From the IMG/VR virus record IMGVR_UViG_3300050156_000143, positions 192,001-256,000 of that record: a stretch of 64,000 bases of DNA, one strand, 5' to 3'. Below are positions 28,176 through 38,072 of this stretch, piece by piece. Under the pieces are notes generated by a model, which did no database searches, was not told the origin of the DNA, and saw only the letters and a list, made by a program, of their open reading frames with translations. The stretch's first letter is position 1. The number at the start of each line of letters is the position of its first letter. The stretch comes from a virus. Lineage: Duplodnaviria; Caudoviricetes. Made by a program: the position numbers and the translations under genes.

Positions 28176-28768
28176 AAAATAGTGGCGACATCGACATTGA
28201 TGTGGGAAATAGAGACCAATTACTTGCATTAATCGACCATAATCCAGCCAAAATTTGCACACAAGATGGGGACAGGCGGCATGGATCGGGAATATACGTT
28301 ACCGACATTCCATATGATTTTGTGAATGAAATTGCGACCATCGATTACCAAAGTGCGGAAACACGCGGTTACTTCAAGTTGGATATATTGAACGTGTCTC
28401 TATACTCAGAAATAACAAACACGGATGAGCTAGAATCGCTGATGGTTCCACCAAAATGGGAGTCACTGGGTTCACGAGAATTTGTCGAACAGTTGACACA
28501 TCTTGGTCAACACTATGATCTCTTACAAGAACTCCCCCCGATAACTTCCATAGTGGAACTGGCAATGGCTCTAGCCATCATTCGCCCCGCTAAACGCCAT
28601 CTTGCTGGAAAACCTTGGGAAATCGTGAAAAAAACGATTTGGCAAACTACTCCAGGTCAATATGCCTTCAAAAAGGCGCATGCGATAGCTTACGCTCATT
28701 TGGTAGTAGTCAATATGAATATGGCGTCAAGGAATTTTGCGAACCATTATGACCCCTTTTCTCTTTGA
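28172..28768 (+). CDS. minimal DNA polymerase III alpha (DnaE, family C) catalytic core
   Basis: GDIDIDV, HGSGIY, GYFKLDIL, LAIIRP, YAFKKAHAIAYA are DnaE signature motifs, in only ~198 aa. Confidence 0.85.
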   Translation: MKNSGDIDIDVGNRDQLLALIDHNPAKICTQDGDRRHGSGIYVTDIPYDFVNEIATIDYQSAETRGYFKLDILNVSLYSEITNTDELESLMVPPKWESLGSREFVEQLTHLGQHYDLLQELPPITSIVELAMALAIIRPAKRHLAGKPWEIVKKTIWQTTPGQYAFKKAHAIAYAHLVVVNMNMASRNFANHYDPFSL

Positions 28769-29104
28769 TTTTTTTACACCAAGAGCATGGATGCTGCATA
28801 TCGGCCCGTGAAGTATGGTCAGATTTTTGGTGACAAACGTTTTCAAAAATGGCTTGAATTCGTGCCATTCATGGCGTAAAAACAAGTGAATTGGCACAAT
28901 TCGGTTACTTCCCCACCACCACGCATCACCAAGTTCTAGAAACCGTTTCCTGGCGTCTGAGTTGGTAATGGCCGAATAATCATAAAGTGACGTGACGGAT
29001 GTATCCTGGTTTTGTACAATTCCCACATAATCAACACCAGCGTATGTGCAAATTGTGATAAAGGGGTAATGTTCAGCTAGTGTTGTTAAGTAGTTTTCTT
29101 GCAT
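28727..29104 (-). CDS. conserved hypothetical protein
   Basis: YPFIT...YVGIVQN...FLELGDAWWW.SNR.VPI.LFL; TAAATA 9 nt upstream. Confidence 0.75.
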   Translation of the reverse strand: MQENYLTTLAEHYPFITICTYAGVDYVGIVQNQDTSVTSLYDYSAITNSDARKRFLELGDAWWWGSNRIVPIHLFLRHEWHEFKPFLKTFVTKNLTILHGPICSIHALGVKKSKRKGVIMVRKIP

Positions 29105-29145
29105 TTGTGCGGTTATTTAGGTGGCATCTGTCGGTTAAATACCTT

Positions 29146-29865
29146 ATGTATGCAACAACCGTCTATATTTACAAACCTCGTCAGCAGGTGATTGTATATT
29201 CTGGTAACAGTCCTAGGAAATTTCAGCAAATGTACGCAAATAATCTCAAACTGCATCGCGGCGTTGATAACAAAATTCAATTCCGATTTCTGAACCAAGA
29301 GCAAAAACCTATTGATGTGTCAGATAGAGAAATCACTTGTCGAATATTGGATTCAACCAATTCTCAGGTCATATTGCAAAAAACGTTGTCAGGATTCTTG
29401 CCAGTCACGGGCATCATGGAGTTGGAGGTGTTGTCCTCCGATTTGGTTGATATAAAACCACAGAATTGCTTTTATTCACTTAGTTTCGCCGATGGCGACG
29501 GTGTGTACCCAGTATTTGTGGATACGTTGGGTGGATCAAAAGGTAAGATTGAGATAATGGATGACATATTGCCCACACATGTTGAATCCAACCTTGTTGG
29601 CATACCGTCTACCTCGGGTGCGATTTATTATTCCAGTGAATTTTCACCAGACAAATTTTCTACTACGATTCAAGTCGTTTTGACTGGATATTCTGGCTAC
29701 ATTGTCGTAGAAGGGTCAGTTAATTCGACCACATGGTACACAGTCACGCAGGTCTCGTTGGTTGCCAGTGATGGTGCTATAATTTCAATCGATGGGTTCC
29801 ACCCCAAAGTCAGAGTCAAATTTCAACCCACACAAGGCGAACCTACCCGCATTCTGTATCGATGA
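29146..29865 (+). CDS. hypothetical late (probably structural) protein
   Basis: TAAATA 29136-29141, 4 nt before ATG 29146; LHRGVDNKIQFRFLNQEQKPID. Confidence 0.7.
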   Translation: MYATTVYIYKPRQQVIVYSGNSPRKFQQMYANNLKLHRGVDNKIQFRFLNQEQKPIDVSDREITCRILDSTNSQVILQKTLSGFLPVTGIMELEVLSSDLVDIKPQNCFYSLSFADGDGVYPVFVDTLGGSKGKIEIMDDILPTHVESNLVGIPSTSGAIYYSSEFSPDKFSTTIQVVLTGYSGYIVVEGSVNSTTWYTVTQVSLVASDGAIISIDGFHPKVRVKFQPTQGEPTRILYR

Positions 29866-29898
29866 ATGTTGGGGCGTCTTGGATTCTAAAATCACAAG

Positions 29899-30873
29899 AT
29901 GTACAACATTCTCACCATTATTCCAGGGCAAGTAAAAACAACTAAAAGTGGGTGGCATTCGTTTAATGCAGTTTGCTGCCACAATCGTGGACACCGGGTT
30001 GACACGAGATTTCGAGGCGGGCTGAAAATTGATGGAAACAATTGGCTCTACCATTGCTTCAATTGTCAATACACATGTTCTTTTGAATATGGTAGGTTCA
30101 TAGATGACAAAACGTCTGAAATGCTCAAATGGTGTGGAATGGAGCAATCGGATATCAATCGATGGTCTTTCGATAGTCGCAGTCATCGGCACATTTTGGA
30201 TTTAATCCCAAAAGCGGTAGTTGAAGATGAGATCACGTTCCCACCAATATCACTACCAAATAACTCAGAGTTCATTGATAAAGCAAATCCCAAGCATGCC
30301 AGATACATTGAATATCTAGAATCAAGAAAGATTGATCCGTTAAAGTACCCATTTTGTGTAACGCCTTATGAGAAAGGTAGAAACAACAATAGAATCATTG
30401 TGCCCTACACGTACAAAAATGAAATAGTTGGACACACTTCCAGGTTCATGGACAACAGACTACCCAAATATCTAAATGACCAATCTCCTGGGTATGTTTT
30501 TGGATACGATTTACAACATCCTGAGTGGCAAGTTTGTATATTGATGGAGGGCATTTTTGATGCTCTGAGCATAGATGGTTGTGCCACAATGCACGAGACC
30601 ATTTCCCCATCACAGGCCAAACTGTTAGCCACACTCAAACGTAAAATCATCGTGGTTCCAGATTATGACAAATCTGGTTTGTCCATGATCTCCAAGGCGC
30701 AAGAATATGGCTATTCAATAAGTTTACCAAATTGGGGAGAAGGTGTAAAAGACGTGAACGACGCTGTTGTGAGGTACGGTAAATTGCCAACTGTTTTGGC
30801 AATTTTGGAAGCCGCTACCACTAGTAAAATTTTAATAGAAATGAAAAGGCAACGCATTGCTGCAAGAATTTAA
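29899..30873 (+). CDS. DNA primase (T4 gp61/DnaG-like)
   Basis: N-terminal CC...YHCFNC zinc domain; Toprim EGIFDAL, VPDYDKSG, KDVNDA. Confidence 0.9.
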   Translation: MYNILTIIPGQVKTTKSGWHSFNAVCCHNRGHRVDTRFRGGLKIDGNNWLYHCFNCQYTCSFEYGRFIDDKTSEMLKWCGMEQSDINRWSFDSRSHRHILDLIPKAVVEDEITFPPISLPNNSEFIDKANPKHARYIEYLESRKIDPLKYPFCVTPYEKGRNNNRIIVPYTYKNEIVGHTSRFMDNRLPKYLNDQSPGYVFGYDLQHPEWQVCILMEGIFDALSIDGCATMHETISPSQAKLLATLKRKIIVVPDYDKSGLSMISKAQEYGYSISLPNWGEGVKDVNDAVVRYGKLPTVLAILEAATTSKILIEMKRQRIAARI

Positions 30874-32254
30874 CCATGAAGTCCAAGAAATATTCTTGCG
30901 GCTTATGGTCACAAACCCGGAATTGTATACTAGAACATTAAACATCTATAACCCGGAGAATTTTGATAAAAAATTCAGAGCTGCTGCACGGCTCATTCGA
31001 GAACACGCTGACAAATACCGGGCATTGCCATCGTCGCTTCAAATTAAGGCCACCTGTGGCGTATCAATTGATCCGGTTGAAGATTACCAAGACGCGGATG
31101 GGCAATGGTTCTTAGACAACTTTGAAGCGTTCACCAAACGCCAAGAACTTGAACGGGCCATTTTGGAATCAGCCAAACTGCTAGAAAAGGGGGAGTTTGG
31201 GACAGTAGAAACCCTTATTAAAAAAGCGGTGCAAATATCTTTGCAGAAGGATATGGGCACTGATTATTTTGCCGATCCTCGTGCTCGGCTTTTGGCATTG
31301 AAATCCACCAACGCACAGTTATCAACCGGGTGGGTAGTTTTAGATGACTTGCTCAATGGTGGGTTTAACCGTGGGGAACTACAGTTATTCACGGGTGGGT
31401 CAGGTGCGGGTAAGAGTTTGTTTATGCAAAATCTTGCAGTCAATTATGTTACCACGGGGTATAACGTAATTTATATCACCTTGGAACTAAACGAAGGACT
31501 ATGTGCAGCACGTATAGATTCCATGATGGCAGACGTTGGCTCAAAAGAGTTGTATCAACGTTTGGATGATGTGGTTTCACGGGTTGCAGAAATTGGAAAA
31601 ACTGCTGGGTCATTTCAACTAAAATACGTACCAGCACAAAGTACCATCAACGATATTCGTGCATATTGCAAAGAGTGGCAGATTCAATCAAAGAAAAAGA
31701 TAGATGTTATCTGTCTTGATTATTTGGACTTGTTGATGCCCTATGGGGCAAAAGTCAGTGCAAGTGATTTGTTTGTTAAAGACAAATATGTGGCAGAAGA
31801 GGCTCGCAATCTTGCAAAAGAATTGAACGTCATTATGATTACTGCCAGCCAATTGAATCGCAGCGCAGTAGAGGAAACCGAATTTGACCACAGTCATATC
31901 TCGGGTGGCATCTCCAAAATCATGACAGCCGACAACATGTTTGGCATTTTTACATCCAGGTCAATGAAAGAGCGTGGCAAATATCAATTGCAGATGATGA
32001 AAACTCGTAGTAGCGACGGTGTGGGTAAAAAATGTGATTTACTTTACAACAACAAGACGCTCAGGATTTTGTCACCGGCCTCAGACAAATTTGGATCAGG
32101 TGGAAGCGGATCATTGATCGATCAAATGGTGGGCAAGATACGCAATGGTGAAGTGCAAGGCGATAGCGGTGAGATCACAGAGGTGCCAAAAGTGAAGGGT
32201 GACATCCAAAGTGCAAAATTAAAGCAAATGCTAGCCGCACGTAAAACCACCTAA
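30857..32254 (+). CDS. replicative helicase (T4 gp41/DnaB family)
   Basis: GGSGAGKS, YITLEL, LDYLDL, TASQLNR, SGGISK. Confidence 0.93.
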   Translation: MLQEFNHEVQEIFLRLMVTNPELYTRTLNIYNPENFDKKFRAAARLIREHADKYRALPSSLQIKATCGVSIDPVEDYQDADGQWFLDNFEAFTKRQELERAILESAKLLEKGEFGTVETLIKKAVQISLQKDMGTDYFADPRARLLALKSTNAQLSTGWVVLDDLLNGGFNRGELQLFTGGSGAGKSLFMQNLAVNYVTTGYNVIYITLELNEGLCAARIDSMMADVGSKELYQRLDDVVSRVAEIGKTAGSFQLKYVPAQSTINDIRAYCKEWQIQSKKKIDVICLDYLDLLMPYGAKVSASDLFVKDKYVAEEARNLAKELNVIMITASQLNRSAVEETEFDHSHISGGISKIMTADNMFGIFTSRSMKERGKYQLQMMKTRSSDGVGKKCDLLYNNKTLRILSPASDKFGSGGSGSLIDQMVGKIRNGEVQGDSGEITEVPKVKGDIQSAKLKQMLAARKTT

Positions 32255-32268
32255 ATAAATCATCAAAT

Positions 32269-32523
32269 ATGTCCATGACACCCAACACCAAAAGTTTACT
32301 CCAGGAACTAACTGCACTTGGAGACTTGCGAGATAAACGCCACATGATTGCCACTCGTGCGAACAACGTGATATCTAGTGCAGTGCATTTACTAGAAATC
32401 ATCGCATCTTCATATGGGAGTGAACAAGCGGATATGTTGGAGAAAAAGTTGATGAACGCGATAAAAAACCGTGACCCAGCAAAGTTCACAAACCACATTA
32501 GGAAAATAAATGAAAGCAAATGA
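32269..32523 (+). CDS. conserved hypothetical late protein
   Basis: TAAATA at 32252-32257; KSLLQEL...LEKKLMNAIK.RDPAKF. Confidence 0.75.
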   Translation: MSMTPNTKSLLQELTALGDLRDKRHMIATRANNVISSAVHLLEIIASSYGSEQADMLEKKLMNAIKNRDPAKFTNHIRKINESK

Positions 32524-33235
32524 TATAGATGAGGCATGGAATCCAACTTCGCTCGTGGGTGCTGGGGTCAAATCGTTGTTCACGGGGCAGAATGCAACGG
32601 ATATAGCAGTTAGTAACAAGTTTATTGAAAACTTTTATTCACGGATTGTCACCGATTTGAATGCCGCGATTCGAGGTGGAATGGTTGATATTAAAAATCC
32701 AGCAATTCCAACATTGGGGCAGCCACCCCAAAGTATAGATACCGCTCCAGAATCCCCTCCATCGTTATCTGAACAGTTCCACAAGTTGATGGAATCGTCT
32801 GGGCAAAGTATCAGTCAATGGCTGTATGATTATGTCAATAATTACACCAACGGTGCGATACACGGGAGTGAGCCACGAGTAGTTAGATTGTGTGTAGCAG
32901 TGCAAACCGTGTGGGGGCAAAAGTTACAAAAAGAGGCACTCACTCGGTTAGGTAGTTTGATTTATTCAGTAGTCAGACAAACTGCTGGCAAACAACACGC
33001 TCAGGATGCTGCTCCCTCGGGTGTACCAAAGGCAGATAAACCGACTAAAGAAGATCCAGTGTTCCCAAAATCTGAATACATTTCCAGAGCTATTGTCGGA
33101 TTAAAGTCAGTTGATCCAAAAGATTATCAAAAGGTGATGCTGACTGCTGCAAAACAGATGAATAAACTTGATCGACATTCGTTGGAAGTGTTTTTGAAAG
33201 AATTGCAGAAAAAGCTGACCGACAATCATGACTAA
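32510..33235 (+). CDS. hypothetical protein
   Basis: 241 aa, N-terminus MKANDIDEA. Confidence 0.7.
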   Translation: MKANDIDEAWNPTSLVGAGVKSLFTGQNATDIAVSNKFIENFYSRIVTDLNAAIRGGMVDIKNPAIPTLGQPPQSIDTAPESPPSLSEQFHKLMESSGQSISQWLYDYVNNYTNGAIHGSEPRVVRLCVAVQTVWGQKLQKEALTRLGSLIYSVVRQTAGKQHAQDAAPSGVPKADKPTKEDPVFPKSEYISRAIVGLKSVDPKDYQKVMLTAAKQMNKLDRHSLEVFLKELQKKLTDNHD

Positions 33236-34268
33236 CGGGCATTTAACGCACCCAGAAGATTTGTTACTGTCAGGTGGCGCCCCTGGGGGGATTTTGGCGA
33301 TTGAACTGCTGCGAAAGATGACGAAAACTCCCTCCGAGTTAACGATAAAGTATGATGGCTACCCGGCCTTGATCTTCGGGAGAAATCTTGATGGCCAGTT
33401 TGGCATCATGGACAAACATATGTTCAACAAACGTGATGGCACGGGTAGAAAAATATTCTCCCCTAGGATGTTCGTTGAATATGACCTCCACCGTGGTGCC
33501 AATCGTCAATCATTGTGGGAAACGGTGGAAAACATTTGGGATTCACTGGAATATCAATTTGGAAACAATGTCGGGTATGTTTGGGGGGATTTACTGTTCT
33601 CAAAGCCGTTGGATGCCCAAAACGGGATATTTCGATTCCGGGCAAATCCCAATGGCATGGTGTATGAAATCAAAGAGCACTCCAGTTTGGGAAAAGCAGT
33701 GGCCAACAAACTGGCTGGTATTGTGGTGCATCAATCCATACCAGCATCGGCCGTTAGTGTGGACGAGGCCAACCCCGTTTCATCAAAATTGAAACAAGGT
33801 GACGTACTTATACTGTCGCCAAATTTGCCGATTGTTCCGAAAGTGGGAAACATTGAGCCAGTGTTGACACAATTAAAGGCACATTGTGGTAAATTGTCAT
33901 CCATCACACTGTTCAACGATGCTCCCACCGGTTTCGCACAGTTTCTCATGGGATTTGCCAACTACGTGGTGAAAACCGGGGATTTGGAAAAGTTGATGGA
34001 AAAATTGCACCAATATGCGACAATGAAGGCAGTTACGTATATTGACATGTTGGATCAAGCCGAGCTGTCATCGGTTCTAACATTATGGGCACAGTTAATG
34101 ACCGTGAAAAACATATTGGTTAACCAAATTGATAAACAGATGGTGAACTCCCCGATTGTAGCAAAACTCGACAATGGCAAAATTGCACATGAGGGGTATG
34201 TCGGGTTTGGTGTGAAGTTTGTTAACCGGTTTGGTTTTAGTAAGCAGAATTTTGCTGGCAATAGTTGA
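33228..34268 (+). CDS. DUF6267-like protein, ligase/capping nucleotidyltransferase superfamily
   Basis: HLTHPEDL...TIKYDGYPALIFG (KxDG)...WGDLLF...HEGYV...VKFVNR..FS. Confidence 0.7.
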   Translation: MTNGHLTHPEDLLLSGGAPGGILAIELLRKMTKTPSELTIKYDGYPALIFGRNLDGQFGIMDKHMFNKRDGTGRKIFSPRMFVEYDLHRGANRQSLWETVENIWDSLEYQFGNNVGYVWGDLLFSKPLDAQNGIFRFRANPNGMVYEIKEHSSLGKAVANKLAGIVVHQSIPASAVSVDEANPVSSKLKQGDVLILSPNLPIVPKVGNIEPVLTQLKAHCGKLSSITLFNDAPTGFAQFLMGFANYVVKTGDLEKLMEKLHQYATMKAVTYIDMLDQAELSSVLTLWAQLMTVKNILVNQIDKQMVNSPIVAKLDNGKIAHEGYVGFGVKFVNRFGFSKQNFAGNS

Positions 34269-34330
34269 ATAATATTGGCTTGGCATAAATACCTGTAGAG
34301 CGATGCTCAACAACTTTAAAGGATTATTTT

Positions 34331-34741
34331 ATGTCTATCGTGACTCGTGTAAATGGTGATGTTCAACCCGTCTTTGCATATGATGTGCAAAATGGTAAGC
34401 AAACTGGCACTATCAGTGCCGATGCCCTGGTGCAATTTGAAGGTGGTCGGCTAGATTTCTTCAAAATTATGGCCAACGATGGTTCTGCCGCCGTTGATCT
34501 GCGTGCGCAGCTTGGTGCGGGTGGTGCCGTTGAAGCTATCTTCAAAACCATCAACCAACTTGGTGGTGTGCGTATGTATCAAGTTGAGGGTGACTCCACT
34601 GGACAAATTTCGGTGGGCGTCTATCCCGCTGGCGCATGGACTGCTACCACACTGCAAGCCGCTATTCGTGCCCTGGGCACAGTGAACGGTGCTGATCTGG
34701 ACACTACCGCTGTAACGGCTCCTGGCCTGCAACTTGCCTAA
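34331..34741 (+). CDS. probable abundant virion structural protein
   Basis: TAAATA 34286-34291, SD AAAGGA, own terminator, strongly biased codons, Ala/Gly/Thr-rich. Confidence 0.6.
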   Translation: MSIVTRVNGDVQPVFAYDVQNGKQTGTISADALVQFEGGRLDFFKIMANDGSAAVDLRAQLGAGGAVEAIFKTINQLGGVRMYQVEGDSTGQISVGVYPAGAWTATTLQAAIRALGTVNGADLDTTAVTAPGLQLA

Positions 34742-34764
34742 CTGAACACCCAGCTAACGTGTTC

Positions 34765-34788
34765 AAGCCACCTTCGGGTGGCTTTTTT
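34765..34788 (+). terminator. intrinsic terminator
   Basis: AAGCCACC-TTCG-GGTGGCTT-TTTT. Confidence 0.9.
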
Positions 34789-34836
34789 ATTCCCGACTGT
34801 TTCACACGGGCTTTGTCATTGTTGGGAATATTGATG

Positions 34837-34865
34837 TACACTGCATTCACTGCACTGACGCAGAC
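34837..34865 (+). promoter_or_regulatory. repeated early-promoter/leader module, copy 1
   Basis: TACACTGCATTCACTGCA exact at 34837, 54837 and 58119. Confidence 0.7.
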
Positions 34866-34885
34866 ATTTCGACCGGAGTTCCACC

Positions 34886-35128
34886 ATGTTGCCGCTCTCT
34901 ACGATTCCCAAAAACATTGAATATCGAATCCACAACGTGAACATCTGGGTAACACGCCCAGTTGGCGACAACGCGCCTTCAAGTGGGGAGCTTTTGAGCC
35001 GTGGTCGGGTACATGGGCGAAATTCTGAATATTTGACAAACGCCAGCACAAAACAATGTTGGATTTGTTCTCGTGATGAATTTGCCCGTCTGATAACGGA
35101 CGGAACATTCATCATAGCGAAAAAATGA
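34886..35128 (+). CDS. hypothetical protein
   Basis: GGAG SD, first gene after repeat module. Confidence 0.6.
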   Translation: MLPLSTIPKNIEYRIHNVNIWVTRPVGDNAPSSGELLSRGRVHGRNSEYLTNASTKQCWICSRDEFARLITDGTFIIAKK

Positions 35129-35132
35129 TGCT

Positions 35133-35357
35133 ATGTACTACTCCAACAAAGACGTATACCTCCAACGCAATCTCAGTCGCATCACATGTGGGGTGTTGCA
35201 TCTGACCCGTGAATTGAAATCATTCGAGAGAATGCGAGAACGCGGGTGCCCGGACAGAGTAAACACCATGTTTTATCAGATCGCAAAAGATAAACTATCC
35301 GATCTGTTGGCCATTCAAACCAGGTTATCCCGTGAAGCACGTCTTCCGTCTTTCTAA
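35133..35357 (+). CDS. hypothetical protein
   Basis: 74-aa ORF. Confidence 0.55.
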   Translation: MYYSNKDVYLQRNLSRITCGVLHLTRELKSFERMRERGCPDRVNTMFYQIAKDKLSDLLAIQTRLSREARLPSF

Positions 35358-35805
35358 ATTTGTGGTAAACCGTGACATCCAAGGTGCTCGCCGAGGTGAC
35401 CACATTGTGGTAATCACTGATCCGGGCATGCCATATTTGCGCTATCGCGTCAACGACACTGTTGTTGTTAAAATTTCCGCAGCAGAGTTCGACCACGCTA
35501 TAGCAAATGGTGACATATCCGAGATTCATCCACTGGCGGTGAAAATTAAGAGGCGCAAAGCGCATGAAGGATGGCAAGAATCGGGGTTGCTCAAAGTGGC
35601 CGACAAATTTGGGGAACAGGCTGGGGAGCACGGTGCTTGGTATTTTTGGATGACGCTTCCCGACGATGAACGGGGGCAAGAAATCATAACGGACGAACTT
35701 ACCCGTCGAGGCCACGAATATGAAGTAGTCTTGTTGGAAGATATGACAATTGGATATAACGCCGTACACCAAATCGTGATCTTGAAAAATCGGACAAAGT
35801 CATGA
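35332..35805 (+). CDS. hypothetical protein
   Basis: 157-aa ORF; start uncertain. Confidence 0.55.
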   Translation: MKHVFRLSKFVVNRDIQGARRGDHIVVITDPGMPYLRYRVNDTVVVKISAAEFDHAIANGDISEIHPLAVKIKRRKAHEGWQESGLLKVADKFGEQAGEHGAWYFWMTLPDDERGQEIITDELTRRGHEYEVVLLEDMTIGYNAVHQIVILKNRTKS

Positions 35806-36026
35806 AAATTGCCAATACCATCGCCATTTCATCCACCGATGCCTGTATTGGGCGAACCGTGGTGAAACGTTCCGGGAAACCGTTCAAAAGCGGTCAGTTT
35901 ACCGCAGTAGTCAGCACAGTGACCACCAATCCGCAACACAACCATCGTCCAGCATTCACTTTTATCGATTGTGATGGCGTGGTCGATGTTACTCAATTGT
36001 TACTTTTACCATCCACAACGGCTTAA
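35802..36026 (+). CDS. hypothetical protein
   Basis: IGRTVVKRSGKPFKSG recurrent small phage protein motif. Confidence 0.7.
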   Translation: MKIANTIAISSTDACIGRTVVKRSGKPFKSGQFTAVVSTVTTNPQHNHRPAFTFIDCDGVVDVTQLLLLPSTTA

Positions 36027-36042
36027 CGCCAGAAGATACACC

Positions 36043-36447
36043 ATGAACCAAACTATGAAATACATCGGTGGCGCCATTGTCGCTGGCACCGCCATCACGT
36101 TGGCCCTTCACGCTGCTGGCGTTTTTACCACTGTCGCCACTGCACCGGGACGAATCGTGAATCGCACCATGTCCACCGTCAATATCATCCAGAATTACGA
36201 ATGGTTCTATGATGCCAACGGACAGATTAACGCCCGTGTTGGTCAAATTGCCGCACACGCTAAGCTCATCGCAGCCGAAACTGATAAACGAGAACGTGCT
36301 CAGTTGAACATTGAATTGGCCGGTATGCAACAAAGTTGCCGAGAATTGGTGGAAAAGTATAACGCCAATTCTGAAAAGGCCAACCATTCCATTTTCAAAT
36401 CCAACAATCTTCCCGATTCGTTCAACCCGTCTATTTGCGGAGCCTAA
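36043..36447 (+). CDS. membrane-anchored hypothetical protein
   Basis: N-terminal TM; NIIQNYEWFYD...YNANSEKAN.SIFK. Confidence 0.75.
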   Translation: MNQTMKYIGGAIVAGTAITLALHAAGVFTTVATAPGRIVNRTMSTVNIIQNYEWFYDANGQINARVGQIAAHAKLIAAETDKRERAQLNIELAGMQQSCRELVEKYNANSEKANHSIFKSNNLPDSFNPSICGA

Positions 36448-36450
36448 ATC

Positions 36451-36942
36451 ATGAAAACCACCATCACCACCATTGTTTGCGCATGTTTGTTTGTATTAGC
36501 TGGCTGCAAAGACGACTCACCGCAGGCCAAGAATGTGCAGGCAAATAAAGCACGCGAAGCAGCAAATTCGATCAACTTTGCCGAAAATGCAGAAATCGAC
36601 AATATCAAAAAACGTCTTGAATTAACTGCAAATCCAGGTTTGCTTGGGTTCGTGGTGCTACTCAATGAATCGGGCCAGCCTGTCATGAATTTGGCAGTCA
36701 AGGGTAAGATCACCTCTGGGGCAAAGCGGTTGACGCGCCCAGATCGTGTTACTGCTGAAGGCCCAGGCACTAACAATGTAGTGGCACAATCCCCTAGCGA
36801 TGAGGGCACTTATGGTCACAGTGGTGAATATGTCTTTTTCTGGACTACTTCTGGTCAATATATCCAGTGGAACGGCAAATATCTGTATTCCGACAAACCA
36901 TTTCGCTTGAACATCCAACCCATTGTTGTGTCTCAGCAGTAA
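36451..36942 (+). CDS. lipoprotein
   Basis: LFVLAGC lipobox; PSDEGTYGHSGEYVFFWT. Confidence 0.8.
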   Translation: MKTTITTIVCACLFVLAGCKDDSPQAKNVQANKAREAANSINFAENAEIDNIKKRLELTANPGLLGFVVLLNESGQPVMNLAVKGKITSGAKRLTRPDRVTAEGPGTNNVVAQSPSDEGTYGHSGEYVFFWTTSGQYIQWNGKYLYSDKPFRLNIQPIVVSQQ

Positions 36943-36954
36943 TTTGGAGTTTCC

Positions 36955-38061
36955 ATGACACTAGCTTCGCAAACATATACCGAATTGATGGCATTGTGTG
37001 GTTCAGATGATGCTTTCTTTTTCAAAGATTGTGAGAAAGACGGGATCAGCTATCGAATCTTCAATTACCGACTCGTTAGCTACACTCAGTTTCAAAAGCC
37101 GTCTGCCCTGAATTGTCGGGGGATTATGTATGATGTGACTGATCCAACTGCACCACGGTTAGTCAGTTTGCCAATGCAGAAGTTCTTCAATTACGAGGAA
37201 GGTGGCGTTGACCATTCTGCGCACCAAATTGGCTGTATTATGGAAAAGATGGATGGGTCACTGATTTCAACCTATATCCATCAGGGTGAGCTAGCGTTTA
37301 AGTCCAAGGGGTCGCTGACATCATCACAGGCCATTTCGGCCACAAAATACGTGAATGATCGCCCCGCCCTGAAAGATGCGATTTTGGATGGTGTTAGCAA
37401 AGGATTCACCTTAAACTTTGAATACACTTCCCCTGAAAACCGAGTGGTGGTGCCATATCAAGACGAACGGCTGACGCTGTTGTCAGCACGGTGCAACAGC
37501 ACGTTTGAAAACTATTTTGGGTCAGCGTTGACTCGGTTTCAAGGCCTAGTTCCGTACATCGTTGAACCCCAAGATGGTTGCACTATTTCCCACCGTGAGT
37601 TAGTGGAATCGGTGCGAGCACGCACCGAGGGCGAAGGTGTGGTGGTTGAAATCGGTGAACGACTGGTGAAAATCAAGTCAGATCGGTATCTGTTGCTGCA
37701 CCAAACCAAAGATTCGGTCAATTCCAGCAAGCGATTATTTGAAGCCATCATCGAGGAAGCCACCGACGATTTGCGCTCATTGTTTGCCGACGATCCCTAT
37801 GTATTGGCCAAAATTGCAGCGATGGAGGCAAAGGTTCAACCCATCTTTAATCACATTGTTAACACAGTGGAGACATTTTATGAAACCAATAAGTCACTGA
37901 CTCGAAAAGACTTTGCGATCAAGGTACAGGCCGAGTTCCCGCAATTCATGGGGATGATTATGGGCTTGTTCACTGGCCGAACACCAGATTACAAAACATT
38001 TGCCAAAAAATACCGTGTTGAAATTTTTGGCATTTGTGACGACCAACCTGAAACTGAATAA
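36955..38061 (+). CDS. RNA ligase 1 (T4 RnlA family)
   Basis: IFNYRL...NCRG...PMQKFFN...EKMDGSLI...FEYTSPENRVV...GEGVV...VKIK. Confidence 0.93.
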   Translation: MTLASQTYTELMALCGSDDAFFFKDCEKDGISYRIFNYRLVSYTQFQKPSALNCRGIMYDVTDPTAPRLVSLPMQKFFNYEEGGVDHSAHQIGCIMEKMDGSLISTYIHQGELAFKSKGSLTSSQAISATKYVNDRPALKDAILDGVSKGFTLNFEYTSPENRVVVPYQDERLTLLSARCNSTFENYFGSALTRFQGLVPYIVEPQDGCTISHRELVESVRARTEGEGVVVEIGERLVKIKSDRYLLLHQTKDSVNSSKRLFEAIIEEATDDLRSLFADDPYVLAKIAAMEAKVQPIFNHIVNTVETFYETNKSLTRKDFAIKVQAEFPQFMGMIMGLFTGRTPDYKTFAKKYRVEIFGICDDQPETE

Positions 38062-38072
38062 AGGAGCATATC

